A DNA stretch of 64,000 nucleotides from Candidatus Omnitrophota bacterium (GTDB taxonomy: Bacteria > Omnitrophota > Gorgyraeia > Zapsychrales > Zapsychraceae), in the NCBI GenBank assembly GCA_020632515.1, contig JACKFK010000006.1, positions 139,876-203,875 of the forward strand, written 5' to 3'. Below are positions 1 to 8,200 of this stretch, in pieces. Position 1 is the first letter of the stretch; each line of letters opens with the position of its first letter. The translations under genes and the position numbers were made by a program. Under the pieces are notes generated by a model that saw only the letters and a program-made list of their open reading frames with translations, did no database searches and was not told where the DNA came from.

Positions 1-203
1 AAAAGAATCGGTGGCTTTTTTTATTGAGCAGACCCTTTATGGAACGAAGTGACATAAAGGGTAGGCCCGTAGCGTCTGAGGTCAGGGAAAAGTATGGTAG
101 AATGTCTGAATGAAATATTTGAGACAGAACCATGCGATATATTATGCTAAGTATCATATTGTTTTATGCGCGCGATATCGAAGAAAGATAATTAAAGGGA
201 ATG

Positions 204-690
204 GGTGAGTATGCAATGCGATGTGTTAAAGGGGTAGATCTGAAAGCACCGCAGAAAGGAATAGAAGAAATTAATGTAGATAAAGATCAAATGCATATGA
301 TGGTCACGATACCAAAGTATTCGGTGAGTAGCGTTAAAGTAATTTGATAAAAAATAATGTAGCAAGATTAATGAGAAAAAAATATGGAATTTTGGCGAAG
401 ATGTATGTGAATAAAGCGAATTATGGTCGGTGGGATATTTTGTGTCAACGATAGGGCATGAACGAAGAGAGCAATAAGAAAAGTATATAGAATGAAGCAA
501 ATCGGAAAATGAGCGAAACGAATTTACGGGGTGAGTATTAAGTTAAAGTAAGATCTGTAACCGAACGCAGAGAGGTTTACGGGGTAAGTCTTAGAATGAA
601 GCAAATCGGAAAATGAGCGAAGCGAATTTACGGGGTGAGTATTAAGTTAAAGTAGGATCCGTAACCGAACTACGGTGTTAGTTCTAAAAT
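204..690. repeat. Degenerate tandem array (about 5 units, period 100-119 nt) inside an ORF-free purine-skewed tract; the two youngest units (489-566, 593-670) are 75/78 identical
   Basis: Core GGTGAGT (GGTGGGA at 429) recurs at 204, 323, 429, 529, 633. The 78-nt copies, aligned by hand, differ at 3 positions. Sub-motif TTTACGGGGTRAGTNTTA occurs at 523, 576, 627 and degenerately at 671. All + frames are closed by stops. Confidence 0.7.
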
Positions 691-772
691 AGAGCAGGGG
701 GTAATTCGGCCAATAAACTTATGATCGCTGTGTTCTATAAGTTTTGGCCTCATTCGAAAGGAGGTGATCAGA

Positions 773-865
773 ATGGATATGACAGGTATTAGTGTCATTA
801 TTTTTATGGATTTTTTTGCGCGGCAGCGTCATTTGGAAAATTCCATGAAAAAAGAAAAAGGATAA
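773..865 (+). CDS. Possible 30-aa small protein (MDMTGISVIIFMDFFARQRHLENSMKKEKG)
   Basis: ATG is preceded by AAGGAGG with 5-nt spacing. Hydrophobic core followed by a basic tail. Too short for the ORF track; no homology recognised. Confidence 0.3.
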   Translation: MDMTGISVIIFMDFFARQRHLENSMKKEKG

Positions 866-894
866 AAATAAAAATTTAGTAAAGGAGGTTAATT

Positions 895-1155
895 ATGGAA
901 CGAAATTTAATTTTCAAGAAAAGAAAAAAGAGAAGTAATCCTGATGAAATATTAAAAGTGACGGCGTTAGTTTATTTAAAGGACGCGCTTGCCACTGAAC
1001 GTTTTGAAGAATGCGCTGAATTGATTGTAAAAGCTAAGGAATTTGGCGCTGATCCAAGTGAGATCAATTCTATCATTACACGATATGTTGATCAGGTGAG
1101 AACTTCTCTCAATAGTGCGGCAGACAATAAAGCTAAAAACCGTTTGCCCATCTAA
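895..1155 (+). CDS. Hypothetical 86-aa protein with basic N-terminus and a helical UVR-like segment (LKDALATERFEECAELIVKAKE)
   Basis: ORF with strong SD (AAAGGAGG, 6 nt before ATG), followed by an intrinsic terminator. Confidence 0.5.
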   Translation: MERNLIFKKRKKRSNPDEILKVTALVYLKDALATERFEECAELIVKAKEFGADPSEINSIITRYVDQVRTSLNSAADNKAKNRLPI

Positions 1156-1190
1156 GGAGGAAGGCGCATGATGCCTCATAAGCATGATTA

Positions 1191-1224
1191 AAAAGGACAG
1201 TTCGTTATTGAACTGTCCTTTTTA
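1191..1224 (+). terminator. Rho-independent terminator
   Basis: GGACAGTTC (1195-1203) pairs perfectly with GAACTGTCC (1210-1218); 6-nt loop; then TTTTT. Confidence 0.7.
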
Positions 1225-1250
1225 ATGAGTAGGGAATTTAGTGAGCTTTA

Positions 1251-1279
1251 TTGCCAAGAAGACTTTAGGATGATAGAAT
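1251..1279 (+). promoter_or_regulatory. Sigma70-like promoter candidate for gspE-H
   Basis: TTGCCA (1251-1256), 17-nt spacer, TAGAAT (1274-1279), about 37 nt upstream of the gspE ATG. Confidence 0.45.
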
Positions 1280-1315
1280 TTATTAAATTAAAATATATAT
1301 TAATCTTATTTTATT

Positions 1316-3013
1316 ATGAATATTAAATCTAAATTTCCTTTAGGGCAGTTACTTGTTGAAAAAGGTGTTATCAGCCAGGAACAGCTTAATACGGCATTAC
1401 AAAAACAAAAAGAAACCGGTGAGCTCTTGGGGGCCACGTTAATGGCCTTGGGCTTTATTGATGAGGAAACGATTTTTCTTCCGGTTCTCGCCGGGCAAAT
1501 AGGTGTTGATTTCGTCAATATTAAAAATATTGATATTCCCCAGGATGTAATTAATAAAATACCTGTCAAATTTGCCAGCCATTATAAAGTCATCCCTATT
1601 GATTTTAAAGATAACGTAATTACCTTAGCCACAACGGAACCGTTGGATATTCAAATTATTGATGAAATCGGTTTAGTGGTTGATTATCGTATTAATACGG
1701 TTTTAGCCAGTGAGAAAGATATTTTGGAAGCGATTCGTAAATATTACGGTGTTGGGGCAGATACTATTGAAAAAATGATGGATAATGTTTTGCCGAGTTC
1801 TCAGTTTGAAGACGAATTTTCTGATTTAGAGGAATTAGATTCGGAAGCATCAATCAGTAAGTTTTTAAATCAGATTTTGTTGGAAGCATACCGGGATCGG
1901 GCTACGGATATTCATATTGAACCCTTTGAAGATGAGCTTCATATACGCTATCGCGTTGATGGTATTCTTAATGACGCTAAGGTTCCACCTAATATCAGAC
2001 ATTTCAAAGATTCAATTGTATCGCGCATCAAAATTCTTTCTAAATTAAATATAGCGGAGAAACGAAAACCCCAGGATGGTCGATTTAAAGTTCATGTCGG
2101 TGAAATTGATTTAGATTTACGGGTTTCATTTTTGCCGACGCCTTACGGGGAAAGTGTTGTTATGAGGCTTTTGAATTCAACCAGATTATTTACTTTAGAA
2201 GAATTAGGCCTTTCAGCGGAAGATAGGAAAACTCTTGAAGGATTGATTAAAAAACCGCATGGGATTATTTTTGTTACGGGGCCAACTGGATCAGGAAAAA
2301 CAACAACGCTTTATTCGTGTTTAGCGCGCGTGAATACGGAAGATAAAAAAATTATTACGATTGAAGATCCGATTGAATATCAGATGAAGGGGATCACGCA
2401 GATTCAAATCAACCCGCCGGTCGGATTAACATTTGCCCAGGGGCTGCGCTCTATGCTGCGCCATGATCCTGATATCATGATGGTAGGAGAGGTGCGGGAT
2501 AAAGAAACCGCAGATATTTCCATTCAAGTTGCTTTAACAGGCCACTTGGTTTTATCTACTTTGCATACAAACGATGCGCCGACGGGTGTAACAAGGCTTC
2601 TGGATATGGGAGTAGATCCGTTTTTAATTACTAGCACGGTTGAATGTTTTATTGCGCAACGGCTGGTACGGACATTATGCAAAAAATGTCGACAGCCTCT
2701 TCAGATTACTCCAGAACTTATGGAAGATTTTCAAGATATTGAGATCGACAAAGAGTTAAGCATTTATGAGAGTAAAGGCTGTGAGAGCTGTAAGTTTACC
2801 GGTTACAGCGGCCGTCAGCCTATTTACGAGATACTATTGATGACTGAAGAAATTCGTCAGTTGATTATGGAACGTGCCACAGCGAATCAGATTAAAGATA
2901 AAGCATTGCAAAATGGGATGAAAACATTGCGTCAGTCTGGTTGGGAAAAAGTTCGTGCAGGATATACGGATCCGCAGGAAGTGTTAAGGGTTACGCAAGA
3001 GGAAAGTGATTAG
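1316..3013 (+). CDS. gspE: Type II secretion / type IV pilus assembly ATPase (GspE/PilB family)
   Basis: N-terminal T2SSE_N-type helical repeats (LGQLLVEKGVISQEQL...). Walker A GPTGSGKTTT. Asp/His box region (MLRHDPDIMMVGEVRD, LTGHLVLSTLHTND). Tetracysteine CKKC...CESC motif. Confidence 0.93.
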   Translation: MNIKSKFPLGQLLVEKGVISQEQLNTALQKQKETGELLGATLMALGFIDEETIFLPVLAGQIGVDFVNIKNIDIPQDVINKIPVKFASHYKVIPIDFKDNVITLATTEPLDIQIIDEIGLVVDYRINTVLASEKDILEAIRKYYGVGADTIEKMMDNVLPSSQFEDEFSDLEELDSEASISKFLNQILLEAYRDRATDIHIEPFEDELHIRYRVDGILNDAKVPPNIRHFKDSIVSRIKILSKLNIAEKRKPQDGRFKVHVGEIDLDLRVSFLPTPYGESVVMRLLNSTRLFTLEELGLSAEDRKTLEGLIKKPHGIIFVTGPTGSGKTTTLYSCLARVNTEDKKIITIEDPIEYQMKGITQIQINPPVGLTFAQGLRSMLRHDPDIMMVGEVRDKETADISIQVALTGHLVLSTLHTNDAPTGVTRLLDMGVDPFLITSTVECFIAQRLVRTLCKKCRQPLQITPELMEDFQDIEIDKELSIYESKGCESCKFTGYSGRQPIYEILLMTEEIRQLIMERATANQIKDKALQNGMKTLRQSGWEKVRAGYTDPQEVLRVTQEESD

Positions 3014-3024
3014 GGATAGAAAAA

Positions 3025-4254
3025 ATGGCGCGATTTACTTATAAAGCGAAAGAAGGGCCTGGTAAGTTGATTTCGGGTGTTATTGAAGCAAATAACAATG
3101 ATCATGCAGTCAGTAAAATTATTAAATTAGGATTAACGCCTATTGATGTTCAGGTTGAGAATTTAAATGAAGCAGATACTGTTAAAAGTAAGAAAAATTT
3201 ATCTATTCCGATATTCCAGAAAGTTAAACTGAGCGATTTAGTTTTGTTCACGCGGCAGATGAGTGATTTAGTCGGCGCGGCAGTGCCGATTTTAAAGGCT
3301 TTGCAAATCGTAAATAATCAAACCAGCAATCCTCATTTAAATAGTGTTATCCAGTCGATGTATTTATTTGTCAAAGATGGAGGTTCTTTTTCCGACGCGC
3401 TGGCGCGTAATTCAACGATATTTTCACCGCTCTATATCAACATGGTTCGCACCGGCGAGGCTAGTGGTCAATTAGAATTAACCTTGAGTCGTTTAGCGGA
3501 ATATTTGGAGAAACAACAAGAAACGAATAGTAAGGTAAAGGCGAGTTTGGCGTATCCATTTGTTATTCTCGGTGTAGGGATCATAACAATGTTTGTATTG
3601 TTTACTTGGATTATTCCCCGTTTGTCGGAAATGTTTAATGATCTTGATCAGGAATTGCCGTTACCGACGATTATTTTGACAAATATCAGTGAAGTTTTTG
3701 CTCAATTTTGGTGGTTGATGTTAATTCTTATCATTGGAGGAGTTGTTTATTTTAAACAATATACCAGTTCTGAGAATGGACGGATTTGGTTTGATTCTTT
3801 AAAGTTAAGACTGCCGATTTTTGGAAGTTTTATTAAGTTGGTTGAAGTTGGAAGGTTCTCGAGAACGTTGGGTACTCTGGTGGAAAGTGGCGTTTCTATT
3901 ACTTCAGCGCTTACGTCGGTCTGGGCGACAATTAATAATGTGGTTTTACGGTCAGAAGTAAAATCTGTTTCAGAAGAAGTGGCTAACGGGTCTAGTATTA
4001 AAGCCGCGTTAAGCCGGTGTCATTTCTTTCCGGAGATGGCTGTCAATATGATTTCAGTTGGAGAGGAGACTGGAAATTTAGAACACGGTCTTTATAAAAT
4101 TGCGGATACATATGAACGGGAAGCGGATCGTACAATTAAAACATTTATTTCATTGTTAGGACCGTTGGTCTTGGTTTTTATCGTTGTCTTAGTCGGTTTT
4201 GTGGTGATCGCGATGCTGCTGCCGATATTGCAAATGAATTTAGTTATTGAATAA
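3025..4254 (+). CDS. gspF: Inner-membrane platform protein (GspF/PilC family)
   Basis: Typical N-terminus (F.YKAK...G.IEA......A...LGLTPIDV). Duplicated T2SSF-type domains with three TM segments. Position directly after gspE. Confidence 0.92.
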   Translation: MARFTYKAKEGPGKLISGVIEANNNDHAVSKIIKLGLTPIDVQVENLNEADTVKSKKNLSIPIFQKVKLSDLVLFTRQMSDLVGAAVPILKALQIVNNQTSNPHLNSVIQSMYLFVKDGGSFSDALARNSTIFSPLYINMVRTGEASGQLELTLSRLAEYLEKQQETNSKVKASLAYPFVILGVGIITMFVLFTWIIPRLSEMFNDLDQELPLPTIILTNISEVFAQFWWLMLILIIGGVVYFKQYTSSENGRIWFDSLKLRLPIFGSFIKLVEVGRFSRTLGTLVESGVSITSALTSVWATINNVVLRSEVKSVSEEVANGSSIKAALSRCHFFPEMAVNMISVGEETGNLEHGLYKIADTYEREADRTIKTFISLLGPLVLVFIVVLVGFVVIAMLLPILQMNLVIE

Positions 4255-4290
4255 TTGTAGTGCTTTTTTAAATTAGAGAAAGGATTGTTT

Positions 4291-4728
4291 ATGAGGTTAC
4301 GCAGATTAAAAAAGGTGCAAAATTCTTTTGGTTTTACACTCATTGAGATTATGCTTGTCGTGATTATTATTGGTGTTTTGGCGGCGATGGTTATTCCTAA
4401 TATTTCTGGACGGGGAAAACAGGCCCGAGAAGCAGCCGCGCGTGCGGATATTGACGCGAATATGTCGGCGGCTCTGGATTTATATGAGTTGGATAATGGT
4501 GTTTATCCATCAACTGAAGAGGGATTAAAGGCTTTGGTTGAAGATCCTGGTTCTGCCAATAATTGGAATGGCCCTTATCTTAAGAAGAAGCAAATTCCTA
4601 AAGATCCTTGGGGTCGGGAATATGTCTATGCTTCACCGGGAGTCCATAATTCTGATGAATACGATTTGTCATCCTTAGGCCCGGATGGCACACCGAGCGA
4701 CGATGATGTTGTTAATTGGGTTAAATGA
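4291..4728 (+). CDS. gspG: Major pseudopilin GspG
   Basis: Prepilin site G|FTLIE with E at +5. Close match to the PulG/GspG core (DLYELDNG.YPSTEEGL.ALV...PKDPWG.EY.Y.SPG...D..SLGPDG). I prefer ATG 4291 (SD GAAAGGA, 6-nt spacer) over the track start TTG 4285. Confidence 0.9.
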   Translation: MRLRRLKKVQNSFGFTLIEIMLVVIIIGVLAAMVIPNISGRGKQAREAAARADIDANMSAALDLYELDNGVYPSTEEGLKALVEDPGSANNWNGPYLKKKQIPKDPWGREYVYASPGVHNSDEYDLSSLGPDGTPSDDDVVNWVK

Positions 4729-4749
4729 CATTACGGCATTCTCTCATTC

Positions 4750-5232
4750 ATGAAAAAAATAAGGAATAGTTACGGATTTACTTTAGTTGAGTTGATGCTG
4801 GTTGTTTTGTTATTGACTGTAATTGCTGGGCTAACTTTGCCGAATTTCAGCCGTGGTTTTGATTCTATGAAGTTAAAACAAACGGCGAAAGATCTCACCT
4901 ATATGATGCGTTATGCGCAAAGCCGCGCGATCACCAAGAATAAACATGTCCGGTTGGTATTTGAAGAGAATTATCAGCGTTATCACTTAGAAGAAGAAAA
5001 CGGTAGTGATAATTTTGTGCAAGTGAACGGACGAGCTGGTCGGATTTTTCATATCCCTTCAGGAATACAAATTGAGAGTGATAATGATGAAATTCTTTTT
5101 TTTCCTGACGGGCAAATTGAGAAATTGTATGTTTACATTTGTCAGCGGGAAAAATGTTTTACGGTTTCCACAAAAGAACAGCGTGGTCATGCGTTGTTAT
5201 ACAACGAGAGGGTTGAGGAAGAAAGGTTATAG
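4750..5232 (+). CDS. gspH: Minor pseudopilin, GspH/FimT-like
   Basis: Prepilin site G|FTLVELMLV, size about 160 aa, TAKDL..MMRYAQSRAI motif typical of the GspH family, position after gspG. Confidence 0.75.
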   Translation: MKKIRNSYGFTLVELMLVVLLLTVIAGLTLPNFSRGFDSMKLKQTAKDLTYMMRYAQSRAITKNKHVRLVFEENYQRYHLEEENGSDNFVQVNGRAGRIFHIPSGIQIESDNDEILFFPDGQIEKLYVYICQREKCFTVSTKEQRGHALLYNERVEEERL

Positions 5233-8200
5233 ATCTATGTTGCCTGAAATGTTAATGCTACTCGTATTAGGCCCTAATTGAACATTTGGTTTTCCGTTGG
5301 CTTTAAAAGTGTTGCGTAAAACATCTACGTCTATTGAATTTGAAATGTACATAGCTCCGGTATTTCCTTCTAGATAATTGTCAGTGATATCAATAGCGCC
5401 GAGCATACCACGCTCAACTTTAACACCCCAACGGTTATTGAGCATACGATTGTTATGGACTTTAACTTGGGTTGAATCGCTTTGCATATAAACACCAATC
5501 TGTAGAGAACCAGTGAAAGTATTGTCATAAATATCCGCGCCTACTGTTGAACCTACCCGCACTCCACCGCCGGTGTTGCTGCCGCGCTGGCTGTTGTCAT
5601 GAATGTTACAGCCAAAAATGGTGACATCATCCCAGCCGACACTGGCCTGAATACCGTGATACCAGTTTGAATAGATTTCGCTATTTTTGATAACAACGCC
5701 TGAGCTGTGTTTTTCAACCGTATTCGAAGCGAGTTTAATACCGTGTCCGTTTCCGCCGCCGCCAGCTAAATTTGTTGTTGAGACTTTCACATTATCAATC
5801 GTGACATTGTGTGTTGGGTGTTGTAGGCTTCCTGTAATTCCGATTCCCCAATGGCCGTGGCCATGCGTTTCAGAGTTTTTAACGGTAATGAATTCTGTTT
5901 TTCCAGAACCGGAGAAACTGTCGTTTCCAATACGGAATCCAACAACCGCATTTTTGACGATGATACCGTCAACGATGATATGGCTCACATCATGAATATA
6001 AAGATTATTAACGCCAGTGCTGGTTTGAATTGTGACTTTCTTAGAGTTCACAGCTTTAATTGTGATCGGTTTAGTGCTGGTTCCACTGTTGGTGTGGCAT
6101 TCAACCGACTCATTATATAATCCATCTTCGATAAATAATGTTTCACCGGCTTTGACAGTATTACATCCTTTATTAATAGTTCTCCAAGGGCTTGTTTTAC
6201 TTCCGCTGTTACTATCATTTCCTATTAGCGAAACATAATAACTGGCTCCTGTTGAAGGTGGCGGAGGAGGCGGCGGTGGTGGAGGGGGCTCTGGTGATGG
6301 TAATTCAATATCAGTCTTGATTAAATAAGTTGAAAATTCAGCTGATGCGACAGGCACATCCACCGGGCCGTTATAATTTCCCGAAACTAAAGGTAACCCA
6401 AAGGCATCTTTGATATCATAAATTCCGAATGTTTGATTTTGTTCGACAACTTGTGATAAGTCGACGGCGACGGTTGTGTTGAGCTTCCAATTAAAGATAA
6501 GTAAGAAACTTTTCTTTGGATTGTAATCATTTGGAATGATACTGATCTTATTAGAAAGCGTTAAAGGGATTTCAGTGGAATTGTTATCAAACATTTTTCC
6601 AGCTAAAGAAGTTTCATTTTGCCATTGATTGATATTCAAAGACGTAAATGTTAGATTATCTGCTTTGAGAGATCCTTTAAATGTTCCAGAGAAAGTGTTG
6701 TCATCAATTACATCATCAGGATCTAAGTTTGAGCATCCTTCACAATTATTGTCAGTTGTTACAGCTGTAGAAATAGTGATATGATCTGCCGGCGGAAGAA
6801 GGAAGCTGTTTCCAGTATAAATATTTGGTGTAGGTTTAGAATTGTCAGCAATGTCATCGCCCCAGAATTTGGAAATTGTTAGTCCTCCTCGTCCGAGATA
6901 GTTGTTTTTAAATTCAGCTTGAAGCGGCATTAGCGCACCTAATATTGGTGAAGTGTTATAAAAGTAATTCTTATTTAAGGTGATGTGACTGGAAGAGTTT
7001 GTAAATTCTCCGATGATAAATGGACGGTTGGCAAAAATGTTTGATTCAAGGTATAGGCCGGTCACAGATGGAGTACAGTTTTGACATTCGCTGTAGGCGT
7101 GGAAATTGTAGGCTGCGTTAGCATCATTATCGATGAGAATATTATTTACAAAGTATTTCCATCCATTATTTTCATACGAATTACGGATTGTAATTCCATG
7201 CGCATTTGTTGTAGCCGTGGCACTTCCTTTTCCGGCTGAATGAATGATATTTCCGTAAAAGACATGATCCCGTCCGAAATCCCAGGCCTGAACACCTATC
7301 TTATTGAAGGTGTGGTGAATGTAGTTGTTAATAAGATGCAAACCTTCCGCTAGAACAACAACCCCGGCCCCACTGCTAATGCCGTCAGGGTCAGTGATCT
7401 CCATGCCCCAGATCCAGTTATATTTTCCTTTGATCGTGAAATTTCCTTCAATCGTAACTTGATTGTTATTGATCGCACGGAAAACAATAGGGTACTGTTT
7501 GCTTCCATTGGCTATTAATGTGTATGCGCCTTGATAGGTGCCATCCATCAGCCAGTATAAATCTCCGGCTGTGGCGTTGCTGATGGCCTGGTCGATATTC
7601 ATTGGATTTGCAGAGGTTCCAGCACCGGTACCGTTCGCGGAAACATAAAACTCTCTTAAAGGGATAAAAGTATTGATCCAAGGCAAGGGTTCATTATATT
7701 CAAAGGCTCCGATGTCATAATTAAAATCTAATGGGCGGTTTAGACCGTCAAAATCTTCGAATATATTTAAAATTTCTTTTCCGGAATTAACCGCAGGACT
7801 GGTTCGGCTTAATTTATAATCTTTGCTAGCCAGGCTGATAAAAAGCGGATCAAATTCATCTCCAATAAGATTATCCGTCAATATTGCTGTCGAGGAATTA
7901 TTCTTAAGGTTGGTGTTGTTTAAAGAGAGAAGGTTATTGGTTAAACTAACAGTTTTTGCCTGTGCGGATATTTCGATACCGGTATTAGTATGATAGGAGA
8001 TTAGATTGTTTGTTAAATCCGCTGTCTCGGCATTATTCGTCAAGAAAACGCCGTTTTGGTTATTTTGTGCAATTGTATTATTATGGATTGTTACGTTACT
8101 GGCTTGATCCATATAAATCCCGTTTTGACCAAAATGATGAATAAGTGAATTTGTGATAGCGATATTGTCGGCGGTTCCGGTGATAATGATTCCATGATTT

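Noticed and set aside
1-22. GAATCGGTGGC followed by T7 as the 3' half of a terminator from an upstream gene
   Set aside because: Plausible, but the 5' arm lies outside the window, so it cannot be supported.
192-500. 102-aa minus-strand ORF in the track
   Set aside because: It is the pyrimidine-rich mirror of the purine-skewed repeat tract. It is low-complexity (S/L/F/Y/H-rich), has no SD, and overlaps the degenerate repeat units. Treated as non-coding.
489-670. The two 78-nt direct repeats as a CRISPR array or a DGR template/variable repeat pair
   Set aside because: - Against CRISPR: there are only two near-identical copies, 26 nt apart, the spacer is itself related to the repeat, and no cas genes are present.
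- Against a DGR: neither copy lies in a coding region, there is no reverse transcriptase in the window, and only 3 mismatches exist (2 at A positions), too few to call adenine-specific.
6246-6300. G/C-rich tract as a slipped-strand phase-variation site
   Set aside because: It encodes P11 with mixed CCN codons (ccc cct cca cca ccg ccg cct cct ccg cca cct). It contains no long homopolymer or perfect short tandem repeat, so slippage is unlikely.
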